From IMG/VR virus record IMGVR_UViG_3300045234_000013: a stretch of DNA of 64,000 bases; one strand, written 5' to 3'. Position 1 is the stretch's first letter. Each line of letters opens with the position of its first letter. Positions 44,446-54,263 of the stretch are shown here, in pieces. The position numbers and the translations under genes were made by a program. The notes under the pieces are model-generated. The model was not told the origin of the DNA. It ran no database searches and saw nothing but the letters and a program-made list of their open reading frames with translations. The DNA is from an uncultured virus (IMG/VR IMGVR_UViG_3300045234_000013). Its lineage: Duplodnaviria > Heunggongvirae > Uroviricota > Caudoviricetes.

Positions 44446-44673
44446 ATGAGAAACTATTGGTATGTGTCACTAAACAATAAATATCCTTTGCCAATGAGAG
44501 GTCAACATAAACGGGTGGTGATGTCTGTTCAGATGAAGGCGAAGTATTCGATCGTAGAAATGACCAGGGAAGCAACACCGGTTGAGGTTGATCAGTGCAA
44601 GATGGTCTATTGTGGGTTTGGTTATTGGAAAGAGGAACATGTGCAAGAGAACATAAAGAGGTGGTTAAGATGA
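44446..44673 (+). CDS. Hypothetical protein (paralog of 2606-2830)
   Basis: Near-identical except the last residues. Confidence 0.8.
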   Translation: MRNYWYVSLNNKYPLPMRGQHKRVVMSVQMKAKYSIVEMTREATPVEVDQCKMVYCGFGYWKEEHVQENIKRWLR

Positions 44674-44933
44674 CTATATACAAATATCTAGTTGTGGGTG
44701 AGACGGTGAAACAAGCTGAGCATTATATCAAAATGTTTGATGAAACCTTCCACGATAAATGCAAGGCAATTTCTATAACAGTTATGAAACATACAGAACC
44801 AGCTCCAGCAATGCATATTATTTTTACTGAGTCATTTGGCGAGAGAGCGGATATAAAAGATGTCCGGTTTGCTCGAAACTATTTTGGTTTATGCCGGCGA
44901 TTGGCGAATGGTTTCTTAGAGGAATCAACATGA
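44670..44933 (+). CDS. Hypothetical protein
   Basis: ATGA overlap, RBS GAGGTG. Confidence 0.7.
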   Translation: MTIYKYLVVGETVKQAEHYIKMFDETFHDKCKAISITVMKHTEPAPAMHIIFTESFGERADIKDVRFARNYFGLCRRLANGFLEEST

Positions 44934-45121
44934 CATACTTTGAATACTTGCAACAGTGTTTCAACCATGCACGAGATAAGTTACCAGACACATACACCGT
45001 AGATGATGTTGCTATACATGTATTGAAGACAGAGAGCCATAGTAGCCCTGATGGTAACAGCAAGGAGCAGACGCTCGCGTGGTTCAAGTTCTTTAAGTGG
45101 ATTAAGGAGGAAGAGCAATGA
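44930..45121 (+). CDS. Hypothetical protein
   Basis: ATGA overlap, RBS GAGG. Confidence 0.7.
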   Translation: MTYFEYLQQCFNHARDKLPDTYTVDDVAIHVLKTESHSSPDGNSKEQTLAWFKFFKWIKEEEQ

Positions 45122-45654
45122 AGCTAATAGATTATATACATGAAGGATACAGCATAGTAACATCGGAATGCCTAGGAAGAGCGATTAGACAATCACATCC
45201 GGCTACGTTTGTGTTTACAGGCGGAGACTTTGAAAAGATACCACGCGGAAAATTACTGGTTGATAGTTTCTACAGCTATCTTCCTGAAATTAGGGACGCT
45301 ATGGAACTTCAGAAAGCTTATGCAGTGGAACGATTCACTAATGACTTTGTTGGAGCGGAAGCAAGAGTCAAATCAATGAAGTTGCTTGAACAAAGCCTTA
45401 AGTATCTGAATAACAAAGAAGAACCTAACCTACTAGAAATCAAACTGAAGGATACTGATTCGGTCCCTGAAGTGTATTACAAAGGTGAGAGGTTGGATGA
45501 GCTGCCTAAAGCTTTGGTAGATATCTCGTATCATTACAGGACGACCGGAGAGTGGCCTGATGATTCAGCCAATGACATCAACATCGAATACTACTCAACA
45601 TCGAATGATAAGTACCTCGATAAGAAGATCATTGGACACAAGCGGGACATGTAG
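45118..45654 (+). CDS. Hypothetical protein
   Basis: LLEIKLKDTDSVPEVYYKGE C-terminal domain. Confidence 0.75.
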   Translation: MKLIDYIHEGYSIVTSECLGRAIRQSHPATFVFTGGDFEKIPRGKLLVDSFYSYLPEIRDAMELQKAYAVERFTNDFVGAEARVKSMKLLEQSLKYLNNKEEPNLLEIKLKDTDSVPEVYYKGERLDELPKALVDISYHYRTTGEWPDDSANDINIEYYSTSNDKYLDKKIIGHKRDM

Positions 45655-45966
45655 ATGATTGAAGTAACAACTAAAGCAGATAGAGCTAAGTTCTATTCAT
45701 CAAGCGAGTGGAAGCAGCTAAGGCAAGAAGTGCTGGAACGTGATCACTACGAGTGTCTATGGTGTAAAGAAGAGGGCAAGGTTACAACTATTAATGATGC
45801 TATCTTGGAAGTGGATCACATTAAAGAACTTGAATATCACCCAGAACTTGCTACTGATATAGATAATCTAAGAACATTATGCAAAGAATGCCACAATAAA
45901 CGGCATAGTCGTATGAATTATCGCGGAGCAGAACGTAAGAAAAAATTTGATGATGAATGGTGGTAG
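45655..45966 (+). CDS. HNH endonuclease (terminase-associated, HK97 gp74-like)
   Basis: FYSSSEW, CLWC, VDHIKE, NLRTLCKECHN. Confidence 0.92.
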   Translation: MIEVTTKADRAKFYSSSEWKQLRQEVLERDHYECLWCKEEGKVTTINDAILEVDHIKELEYHPELATDIDNLRTLCKECHNKRHSRMNYRGAERKKKFDDEWW

Positions 45967-46095
45967 AAAATCATACCCCCGGTCGAAATATTTTGGCTAA
46001 AAATAAAAATTTTGGAAACCGGTGGATGGGTCAACTCCACAGATCTATTGATGATACGCGTATAACCCCCTCCCCAGAAGAAAGGAAGTGATTGG
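45967..46095. other. Probable cos region
   Basis: Intergenic between HNH and terS, with ACCCCCGG...ACCGGTGGATGGG typical of cos phages; exact cut site not determinable. Confidence 0.55.
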
Positions 46096-46455
46096 ATGGC
46101 GGATTTAAAAATCAGAAATGAAAAGGTAGCAGCTGAGGAAAAACGATTGAATGACTTATTTTACGATCTTGCAGATGACAAGAAAAAAGTCGTATCTGGA
46201 TTAGTAACTCAAGCAGCTAGATTAAAAATTTTGTTAGATGAAATGTGGATTGATATTTCTGAAAAAGGAGATTATGAATTATTCTCACAGTCAGAAAATC
46301 AGATTCCTTACGAAAGGGAGCGGCCAGTTGCTAAACAATATAATGCACGAGATCAATCGTATCAGCGGATTGTCAAGCAGTTAACAGACTATTTGCCAGA
46401 AGAAAAACGAGAAGCAGCTACCACTGCAGCTTTGGATGGTAGTGATCTCTTATGA
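46096..46455 (+). CDS. terS: Terminase small subunit (P27-like)
   Basis: RERPVAKQYN motif; position. Confidence 0.85.
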   Translation: MADLKIRNEKVAAEEKRLNDLFYDLADDKKKVVSGLVTQAARLKILLDEMWIDISEKGDYELFSQSENQIPYERERPVAKQYNARDQSYQRIVKQLTDYLPEEKREAATTAALDGSDLL

Positions 46456-48095
46456 CGTTGCTTCAACCATATTTTTTTGACGAATACGTGGACTTGTACG
46501 AGCGAGGTGCTATCCCGTTTAACAAGGAACGCATTCAACTAGTCGAGTATTTAAAAAAAGAAGTTCTGGTCCGAGATGATTTATATTTCGATAATGAAAT
46601 GATTCAAAAATTTATTTTATATGCTGAGAAAAATTTTTTTCCTTTAGCAAAGTATCAAAAATTCATGACACCTTTCATTTTTCTTTACAAAAAAGAAGAT
46701 GATGAGGTGTTTTTTAATGAAATTTTGAACTCGATAGCACGCGGTGGTGGTAAAAATGGTTTTATGTCAGCTAGAGACTCGTTTTTTATTTCCCCACTTT
46801 ACGGAGTTCGAAACTACGATGTGACGATTACAGCCAATTCCGAAAAACAAGGGAAAGTGAGTTTTAAAGAAGTTTACGAAACCGTTCAAGCAAAACGTTT
46901 AGAACAGCAATTTTACCTGACAAAAATGGCAATCACGAACCGAGTTACGAATTCTATCTTTAGTTATCGGACGAATAATCCTAAAACCATGGATAGTGCC
47001 CGTGATGGATGTCTTGAATTTGATGAAATCCATATGTTTGAAAACTCGGATATTGTTGATATCCAGCGAAGTGGATTAGGGAAAATCAAACATCCACGCA
47101 CATTTTACAACGGTACAAACGGGCATGTTCGAGAAGGTTTTTATGACCGAACATTAGAACGAGCACAAAAAATATTTACTGGTGAAAACAAGAATGATCG
47201 TTTATTCCCGTTTATATGCAAACTGGACACGATCGAAGAAATGGACAAGCCAGAATTGTGGTCGAAAGCGAATCCGATGTTTGAAGAAGAATCATCCTAC
47301 GCAAAACGCCTGTATTCAACGGTTATGGATGAATACTTGAAATTAGAAGAAGAACCCTCTGGTCGCCGTGAATTCGTTGTAAAACGGATGAATTTTACAG
47401 AAGGCGACATGGAAACGGATATAACTACACATGATAAATTAATGGCTACCGATCAACCTATTGGTGATTTGAAAGGAAAATCATGTGTGGCTGGTTTTGA
47501 CTATGCCGAAATTCGGGATTTTGCAAGCGTTGGGCTGTTGTTTAAACGTGAAGAGAAGTTTATTTGGATGCAGCATAGTTTTGCACGGAAAGAGTTCTTA
47601 GATACATTCAAAATTAAAGCACCGATAAAAGAATGGACGGAAAAAGGTATATTCACAATTGTGGACGCGCCGTCTATTTCTCCCCAACTACTGATTGATT
47701 GGTTGAACGAAAAGCGTGAACTGTATCAAATTGAAATGGTGTGCGCGGATGGTTACCGAATGGATTTACTGCAACCGTTACTTGAAAAAGAAGGGTATAA
47801 CTATGAATTTATTCGAAATATTCGTGGCGTGCAATCGAAAGTGGCGCCAATTATTGAAGATGGTTTTGCGAACGAAAAATTTATTTTTGGCGATGATCCA
47901 TCGATGCGATGGTACACAAATAACAGCTATGCAAAAGTAGATAAATCAGGAAATAAAACATTCTTGAAAAAAGAACCAGTCCGTAGAAAGACAGATGGTT
48001 TTCATGCGTTTTTAGCGGCTTTATATAAACGAGAAGAAATTCAAGATGTTGATTTAGAAGGCTTTTTTGACATGATGGAAAATTGGGACTTTTAA
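46452..48095 (+). CDS. terL: Terminase large subunit (Terminase_1)
   Basis: ARGGGKNG, FDEIH, WSKANP, RKTDG. Confidence 0.95.
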   Translation: MTLLQPYFFDEYVDLYERGAIPFNKERIQLVEYLKKEVLVRDDLYFDNEMIQKFILYAEKNFFPLAKYQKFMTPFIFLYKKEDDEVFFNEILNSIARGGGKNGFMSARDSFFISPLYGVRNYDVTITANSEKQGKVSFKEVYETVQAKRLEQQFYLTKMAITNRVTNSIFSYRTNNPKTMDSARDGCLEFDEIHMFENSDIVDIQRSGLGKIKHPRTFYNGTNGHVREGFYDRTLERAQKIFTGENKNDRLFPFICKLDTIEEMDKPELWSKANPMFEEESSYAKRLYSTVMDEYLKLEEEPSGRREFVVKRMNFTEGDMETDITTHDKLMATDQPIGDLKGKSCVAGFDYAEIRDFASVGLLFKREEKFIWMQHSFARKEFLDTFKIKAPIKEWTEKGIFTIVDAPSISPQLLIDWLNEKRELYQIEMVCADGYRMDLLQPLLEKEGYNYEFIRNIRGVQSKVAPIIEDGFANEKFIFGDDPSMRWYTNNSYAKVDKSGNKTFLKKEPVRRKTDGFHAFLAALYKREEIQDVDLEGFFDMMENWDF

Positions 48096-48117
48096 AGTAG
48101 TGAAGGGGGGTGTGTAA

Positions 48118-49275
48118 ATGGGAGTATTTCAATCGTTTTTTGATATTTTCAAAAAAAATTCAGAGATTGAATCAAGCTATGATTTTGATGCGTTAATCGA
48201 TGAATACCATACACTTTACTTGAAACACCTAGCCGTCGATACGTGTGCTGAGTTTTTAGCTCGGTCTTTTGGCCGTTCAGAATTTAGGATTCGAAAAAAT
48301 GGGCAACCGCTTAAAAATGAATGGTCGTATTTGCTGAACGTCCGACCGAATTTAGACCAATCTGCATCATCATTTTGGCAACAAGTCGTTTATAAGTTGA
48401 TCACGCAAAATGAGGTTTTAATTGTTTTGTCTGATGATGACCAATTATTAATCGCAGAAAGTTATGTCAGAAAAGAATATGCGTTGTACGAAGATTATTT
48501 CGAAAGCGTGTGGTTGAAAGGGTATGAGTTCAAACGAAAGTTTCCAATGAGTGAAGTAATTTTTCTTCAGTATAACAACAATGATTTAAGTCGATATGTA
48601 CGTGGCCTGTATGAAGACTATGCCTCTCTCTACAATCGCATGGTTGAAGTGGCAATGCGCAACCATCAGATTAGAGCAACTGTTACTGGTAAAGAAGGTC
48701 GCGGTTTTGATGACAAGTTACAAAAGAGAGCACAATCGTATATTGATAAGGTTTATGCGAAATTCAGCAATGAATCTATTGCAATTGTCCCGGTGCAAGC
48801 CGGACTCGAGTACAACGAACTAACAAATACAGTTGGAGAAACGAATCAGTCGATTGATGAACTGAAAAAGCTAAAACGACAATTCGTGGATGAAGTCGCT
48901 GATATTTTAGGGATCCCTTCTACAATCTTGCATGGTGAATTAGCAGATTTAGAAAGTGCGCAAACAGTATTGAATAAATATTGTTTGAAGTCATTAAATA
49001 AAAAAATTGAAGATGAGTTAAACGCTAAAATCATTGATAAAACTGAATTTGTTAATGGGACTGAAATCAAAGTTGTAGGCGTGGACAAAAAAGATATTTT
49101 CGATCTGGCTGATGCGGTAGATAAATTAATTTCAAGTGGCGGATTCAATCGAAATGAGATTCGAAAAGAAGTCGATTATGAAAGTATTGATGGTGGCGAC
49201 GAGTTTTACATCACCAAAAACTATGAGAAGGCAGCGAAAGGAGGGGAGGAAGTAAATGACGAAACTGGAAATTAA
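48118..49275 (+). CDS. Portal protein, HK97 family
   Basis: LLNVRPN, ILGIP, NRNEIR motifs. Confidence 0.93.
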   Translation: MGVFQSFFDIFKKNSEIESSYDFDALIDEYHTLYLKHLAVDTCAEFLARSFGRSEFRIRKNGQPLKNEWSYLLNVRPNLDQSASSFWQQVVYKLITQNEVLIVLSDDDQLLIAESYVRKEYALYEDYFESVWLKGYEFKRKFPMSEVIFLQYNNNDLSRYVRGLYEDYASLYNRMVEVAMRNHQIRATVTGKEGRGFDDKLQKRAQSYIDKVYAKFSNESIAIVPVQAGLEYNELTNTVGETNQSIDELKKLKRQFVDEVADILGIPSTILHGELADLESAQTVLNKYCLKSLNKKIEDELNAKIIDKTEFVNGTEIKVVGVDKKDIFDLADAVDKLISSGGFNRNEIRKEVDYESIDGGDEFYITKNYEKAAKGGEEVNDETGN

Positions 49276-49963
49276 AGGAACGATTATTTCGAACAATCAA
49301 AAATGGATCTACGATTTGTTCGAAATGGATAGCACCGCACCGCGTGACATTGTTTTACCCGAAACCAATGAACCATTAGAAATTGTGATTAATTCGGGTG
49401 GAGGAGATGTCTATGCTGGAAGTGAGATATACACGGCTTTGCGTGCATATCAAGGTGAAGTGACAGTGAAAATTGTAGGGATTGCAGCTAGTGCGGCAAG
49501 CGTTATTGCGATGGCTGGTAGTTCAATTGAAATTAGTCCAACCGCCCAAATTATGATTCACAATGTTTCTAGTGGTGCAAGCGGTGATCACAGAGCGTTG
49601 GCTCATGAAGCAGAAGTCTTAAAGAACTATAATTTGTCGATCGCGAATGCTTATATCGGTAAAACGGGTCTTGAAAAAGAAAACTTACTTGAACTAATGA
49701 ATCATGAAACCTGGTTGACAGCAGAACAAGCAGTAGAGAAAGGATTTGCGGACAAAGTAATGTTTCAAAATGAAGAAGCACCTTTACTAGTCGCAAGTGT
49801 CTCGCCGGTTATTCCGCCAGACGCGATTTCAAAATTGGCAGAAAAGTTAAAACCGCAGTTTGATTTAGATGAATTGGCAAATAAAGTAGCAGAAAAACTA
49901 AATACTAAAAAACAAGAATCGATTGAACCAGAAAATGCTGGTTTGAAACGGTTCTTTTTTTAA
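49256..49963 (+). CDS. ClpP-type prohead protease
   Basis: INSGGGDV, AASAAS, MIHN, ETWLTAEQAVEKGFAD. Confidence 0.93.
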   Translation: MTKLEIKGTIISNNQKWIYDLFEMDSTAPRDIVLPETNEPLEIVINSGGGDVYAGSEIYTALRAYQGEVTVKIVGIAASAASVIAMAGSSIEISPTAQIMIHNVSSGASGDHRALAHEAEVLKNYNLSIANAYIGKTGLEKENLLELMNHETWLTAEQAVEKGFADKVMFQNEEAPLLVASVSPVIPPDAISKLAEKLKPQFDLDELANKVAEKLNTKKQESIEPENAGLKRFFF

Positions 49964-49989
49964 TACAAAAAATAAGGAGGTCATACTGA

Positions 49990-51105
49990 ATGACTATGAA
50001 ACTATCAAACGAATTCAAAACAATTCGTGACAACTTCTTAGCTGCTGTTAATAATAACGAGCCAGCTGAAAAACAAAATGAACTATACGGTGCAATGCTC
50101 GATGAATTGCTGAACGAAGCAAAAAAACAAGCGCGTGCTGAGGCAGAAGGATTAATTGCTGAAAATCCGGCAGATGCGAAATTATCTGCTCGTGAGCGTA
50201 AATTTTTTAATGCTATCAGCACGGACGTCGGTTATAAAGAAGAAAAATTGTTGCCGCAAGAAACCATTGATCGAATCTTTGAGAACTTAACTACTGCCCA
50301 TTCACTATTAGCTGAAATCGGTTTAGTAAACGCAGGGCTACGATTGAAATTCTTGAAATCTGAAACAAGTGGTGTTGCTGTATGGGGAAAAATCTTCGGC
50401 GAGATCAAAGGTCAGTTAGATGCAGCGTTCAGTGAAGAAGAAGCAATTCAAAGCAAATTGACGGCGTTTGTAGTTGTTCCTAAGGATTTGAAAGACTTCG
50501 GACCAGCTTGGATTGAATCATTTGTGGCTACTCAAATTGATGAAGCTTTTGCAGTGGCTTTAGAGGCTGCTTTTTTATCAGGAGATGGAAATGACAAGCC
50601 GATTGGTTTAAATCGTCAAGTTCAAGAAGGTGTAGCCATTACTGGTGGTGTTTATCCAGAAAAAACTTCAATGGGCGATTTAACATTTGCTGATTCAGCA
50701 ACGACCGTTAAAGAACTAACGAATGTTTACAAACATCATTCAACTGACGAAAAAGGTCATGCAGTTGCTGTAGATGGAAAAGTTGTCATGGTAGTTAATC
50801 CTAGTGATGCTTGGGATGTCAAACGTCAATATACTTCATTAAATGCGCAAGGAGTATATGTAACTGCGTTACCTTACAATTTGAAAATTGTTGAATCATT
50901 AGCGCAAGCAACTGAAAAAGTTTTAACGTTCGTAAACGGCCGATACGATGCATATATTGGCGGGGGCATTACTTTACGTAAATACGATCAAACATTAGCG
51001 ATTGAAGACATGGATTTATACACTGCTAAACAGTTTGCTTATGGGAAAGCTAAAGATGATAAGGCTGCTGCAGTTTGGGGATTAAAAGTATCCGAGGGAA
51101 AATAG
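49990..51105 (+). CDS. Major capsid protein, HK97 family; -1 frameshift form extends to 51167
   Basis: GDGNDKPIGL; slippery G GGA AAA (51096-51102) directly before TAG. Confidence 0.93.
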   Translation: MTMKLSNEFKTIRDNFLAAVNNNEPAEKQNELYGAMLDELLNEAKKQARAEAEGLIAENPADAKLSARERKFFNAISTDVGYKEEKLLPQETIDRIFENLTTAHSLLAEIGLVNAGLRLKFLKSETSGVAVWGKIFGEIKGQLDAAFSEEEAIQSKLTAFVVVPKDLKDFGPAWIESFVATQIDEAFAVALEAAFLSGDGNDKPIGLNRQVQEGVAITGGVYPEKTSMGDLTFADSATTVKELTNVYKHHSTDEKGHAVAVDGKVVMVVNPSDAWDVKRQYTSLNAQGVYVTALPYNLKIVESLAQATEKVLTFVNGRYDAYIGGGITLRKYDQTLAIEDMDLYTAKQFAYGKAKDDKAAAVWGLKVSEGK

Positions 51106-51182
51106 AGGCCCCCGCAGTTATTAATGTTGAACCGACAAGTGACGGAGCAACAATTGCACTGCGATAGAAAGGGGCGTTTCTA

Positions 51183-51485
51183 TTGGATGAGAAATTGCTA
51201 AAAGATTTCAAATCGCGGATGAGAATCTTTCATACTGCTGACGATGAAAACTTAGAAAATATTTTGAAAAGTTCAAAAGTAGCTGTTAAGCGATGGTGTG
51301 GGACTGACAATGTTTCAAATCCTGAAATTCGCGAACTCGTGATTGAACGCAGCCGATATGTCTACAATGATTCGTTAGAATTTTTCAATGATAACTTTCA
51401 ATCGGAATTAATGGCTGTCTCTTTAGCAAATTATGAAGAGGGAGCTGATGGCGAAGATGAAGTACCAGAAACCCAAAGTCAATAA
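51183..51485 (+). CDS. Head-tail connector
   Basis: FKSRMRIFH..DD, ERSRYVYND. Confidence 0.85.
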   Translation: MDEKLLKDFKSRMRIFHTADDENLENILKSSKVAVKRWCGTDNVSNPEIRELVIERSRYVYNDSLEFFNDNFQSELMAVSLANYEEGADGEDEVPETQSQ

Positions 51486-51822
51486 CGGCGCTATGAGAAC
51501 ACCTGTTGAATTTTTTCAATATCGACCTCATAAAGGCCCTGAGCCAGGCGAGCAAGAGAAGCAGACCATTTTTAATTGTTTCGCTGAGATTTATAACCCC
51601 TCAATGAAAGACTTGGAAATTTTGAACTCAAAGACGACTAAACAAGCAGTAACTCTCACGATTAGAGATCCGCAAACTGACTACATTGTTTCAAACAAGC
51701 ATTATGTAGAGGTTATGGATAGGAGATATTCAGGCATTCGTTGGAACATCGTTGACGTTCGAAATGATTTCACTGACAACCGATTCATCACGATTTTGTT
51801 AGCGGTGTATGACGATGAATAA
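51448..51822 (+). CDS. Head closure protein
   Basis: Synteny; MRTPVEF...TIRDP. Confidence 0.8.
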   Translation: MAKMKYQKPKVNNGAMRTPVEFFQYRPHKGPEPGEQEKQTIFNCFAEIYNPSMKDLEILNSKTTKQAVTLTIRDPQTDYIVSNKHYVEVMDRRYSGIRWNIVDVRNDFTDNRFITILLAVYDDE

Positions 51823-52219
51823 TGTTGATTTTAAAGGTGTAAATGAAACGCTACGTGAGATGGAAAAACGTTTAGGGTCCACTAAAACACGAAAAATTGC
51901 TCGTGAAGCGGTTGACGAAGGGGCTTCTGATGTTGAGGAACAAATGAAATGGGCAATGATGTCTTTTAAAGACACTGGCGCTACTATCGATGAAGTCGTC
52001 AAAAAGAAAGCAACGTACCGCAATGAAAACACCGAAGCTGAAATTGGCTGGAACGGTCCAAAACAGCGGTATCGAATTATCCATTTGAACGAGTGGGGAT
52101 ACACCAGAAATGGTCGTCAAATAAAGCCGCGTGGATTTGGAGTAATAACAAAATCACTGAAATCATCTGAAAAAATTTACTTTAATACAGTAGCTAGGGA
52201 GTTGAGGAATAAGTTATGA
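51809..52219 (+). CDS. HK97 gp10-like neck protein
   Basis: DTGAT, IHLNEWG. Confidence 0.8.
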   Translation: MTMNNVDFKGVNETLREMEKRLGSTKTRKIAREAVDEGASDVEEQMKWAMMSFKDTGATIDEVVKKKATYRNENTEAEIGWNGPKQRYRIIHLNEWGYTRNGRQIKPRGFGVITKSLKSSEKIYFNTVARELRNKL

Positions 52220-52626
52220 AAGATATGTTGATGACAATTTATGAGGCACTATGCTCAAACTCTTATATCCACGATATGACTTACAACTCTGATTCAGAAG
52301 AGTACAGGATTAAGTTTTACGAGCAACCTGAAACGGCTGACAAAACAGGTGCGTTTATCACAATTCGACCTGCAGATGTACCGAACGAAGCATTCCACGG
52401 GAGCGATAAAGAGCTTTCTATCGAACACCTGATACAAATTGATGTGGAGTCAAAATACAGAGCGACATGCAAACAAATGCAGTATGAAATTAAAAAAGAG
52501 ATGAAGAAGCTTGGTTTTGGCCAAGTGAGCGGCCAAGGTTTAGACGAATATTTCTCGGAGACTAGACGTTATGTAGACGCTCGACGATATGACGGGAATA
52601 CACGAATTTACGATACACAATATTAA
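52216..52626 (+). CDS. Tail terminator
   Basis: Synteny; QIDVES...RYVDARRY. Confidence 0.75.
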   Translation: MKDMLMTIYEALCSNSYIHDMTYNSDSEEYRIKFYEQPETADKTGAFITIRPADVPNEAFHGSDKELSIEHLIQIDVESKYRATCKQMQYEIKKEMKKLGFGQVSGQGLDEYFSETRRYVDARRYDGNTRIYDTQY

Positions 52627-52698
52627 AACAGAATAACAGGAATTAAGACACGAAAACTCGTGTCTTTTTTTGTTGTCAAAATTAGGAGGAAATAAATT

Positions 52699-53283
52699 AT
52701 GACTTTAGTCGGATTTAAAAAAATGACAATCGGAATTTTTGATAAGGACGGTAAAATTCCAACAGCTAATCAATTTGTTATTGAAGGTAAACAAGATAAA
52801 GGGGCCACTGTATCCGCTGAAATTAGCGGCCTATCAAAAGAAGCTACAAAGGTATATGGATCAAATATTGCTTACTATATCTCGCAAAAAGGAACAGGGG
52901 ACATTTCTGCAACGTTTGGATTGTTAGATTTGCCAGAAGATCTAAATGACAAGATTCTTGGTTACAAAACTGATGCAAACAAGATCAGCTTTCTTGGCGA
53001 AGACACGGAGCCGCCATATTGCGCATTGCTTATGGAGTCAGAAGATCTCGGTGGGGATACAGCTATGTTGACAATCTTTAAAGGTAAGTTTAGTCGTGAA
53101 GCTATCAATTTGAATACTACAACAAATGAAGCCTTTGAACCTGAAGCAGAGGAGTATGTATTTTCTGCAATTGCCAATGATGCTGATGGCGATGCAAAGG
53201 GGCAATCGGTTGCTAAATATGTTGGAGATGAAGAGGCGTCAATTACAGCAATGCGCACAATGGCTTTTCCAGCGGGGGAGTAA
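52699..53283 (+). CDS. Major tail protein (phi13 family); -1 frameshift form extends to 53345
   Basis: VGFKK, KVYGSN, EPPYCA; G GGG GAG directly before TAA. Confidence 0.92.
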   Translation: MTLVGFKKMTIGIFDKDGKIPTANQFVIEGKQDKGATVSAEISGLSKEATKVYGSNIAYYISQKGTGDISATFGLLDLPEDLNDKILGYKTDANKISFLGEDTEPPYCALLMESEDLGGDTAMLTIFKGKFSREAINLNTTTNEAFEPEAEEYVFSAIANDADGDAKGQSVAKYVGDEEASITAMRTMAFPAGE

Positions 53284-53355
53284 CAAGCCCAGTCGTTGGG
53301 ACAGTTACCCCGACGACGACAGGGGCAACAATCGCATTAAGTTAGGAGAATGAGT

Positions 53356-53697
53356 GTGGTAGATACATTTAGAATTTATAAAAAAGATGGAACAAAAGTA
53401 GTGGAGGGCACAAGCCCTCTTTCTATCACTGGTATTGCAGCAAATACACAAGTAGCAAAGGGAGACTATCAAGCAACTCGGTTGGTTAATGATGTTGAAT
53501 CAATGAAAGTTGATATCCCAGCATTTAAGACATTGCCCGAACAAGAGCCGGAAACACCTAGCTTTGATCCTGAAGGAGATGTAAAGCCAACAAATGCGAA
53601 TACCGTTGAAGAAATAAAAGCATGGTTGACAGCACATGGTATTGATTACACCGGAAAGACACTTAAATCAGATTTGCTTGCATTAGTACCAGCGTAG
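53356..53697 (+). CDS. Truncated FN3/Ig-like tail accessory protein with a C-terminal HeH-like domain
   Basis: RBS AGGAG 7 nt before GTG 53356; FRIY...ITGIAANT...YQA...ES.KVDIPAFKT; TVEEIKAWLTAHGIDY...KSDLLALV. Confidence 0.75.
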   Translation: MVDTFRIYKKDGTKVVEGTSPLSITGIAANTQVAKGDYQATRLVNDVESMKVDIPAFKTLPEQEPETPSFDPEGDVKPTNANTVEEIKAWLTAHGIDYTGKTLKSDLLALVPA

Positions 53698-53757
53698 GTT
53701 TTTAGAGGACTGTAGTAGTCCTCTTTTTTATTTGAAAATATTAGGAGGAAATTATAG

Positions 53758-54069
53758 ATGGCACAAGTTCGAATTGAATTAAAAAATAAAAAAGGCAAAA
53801 AAGAAGTCTTTGAGAAATTAGAAACAACCGGGAAAGACTATCGTTTAGCTTTGCAAACAATTAAAAAATTAAATGCAGAAAAAATCATGCTGTGGGATCA
53901 GTTAGATATTTATTTAGCTTTTGCAGTGGAAATTTTCAAAGCAGACAAATTGACTACAGATCAGATTTTGGAAGGATTACCTTCTGAAAAAACTCGGGAA
54001 ACTTTGGATGATTTATTAGGGCAAGTAATGGGAATTGAAGATAATCCTGATCCAGATGCAAAAAAGTAA
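53758..54069 (+). CDS. Tail assembly chaperone G; -1 frameshift form GT ends at 54248
   Basis: Canonical A AAA AAG (54060-54066) before TAA; the -1 frame is open for ~60 codons. Confidence 0.88.
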   Translation: MAQVRIELKNKKGKKEVFEKLETTGKDYRLALQTIKKLNAEKIMLWDQLDIYLAFAVEIFKADKLTTDQILEGLPSEKTRETLDDLLGQVMGIEDNPDPDAKK

Positions 54070-54263
54070 CTCCGGAAGAGGCCGAAGAAATGTATCTGGA
54101 ATTGTGCCGAGAATTAACTAAACAGGGATGGTCTCTCTCTGATATTGAAAATAATTCTTTTGACACGTTAATTGAAATTGCTTGTGTAAGACCGAAAAAA
54201 GAAAAATCAAAAGAAGTCGACCTAAAAGACTTCGTCAAATCTATTTAGGAAAGGAGGAAAATT

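Noticed and set aside
53698..53730. GTTTTTAGAG start resembling a type II CRISPR repeat
   Set aside because: It is the AGAGGACT/AGTCCTCT terminator. No repeat-spacer array or cas genes are present in the window.
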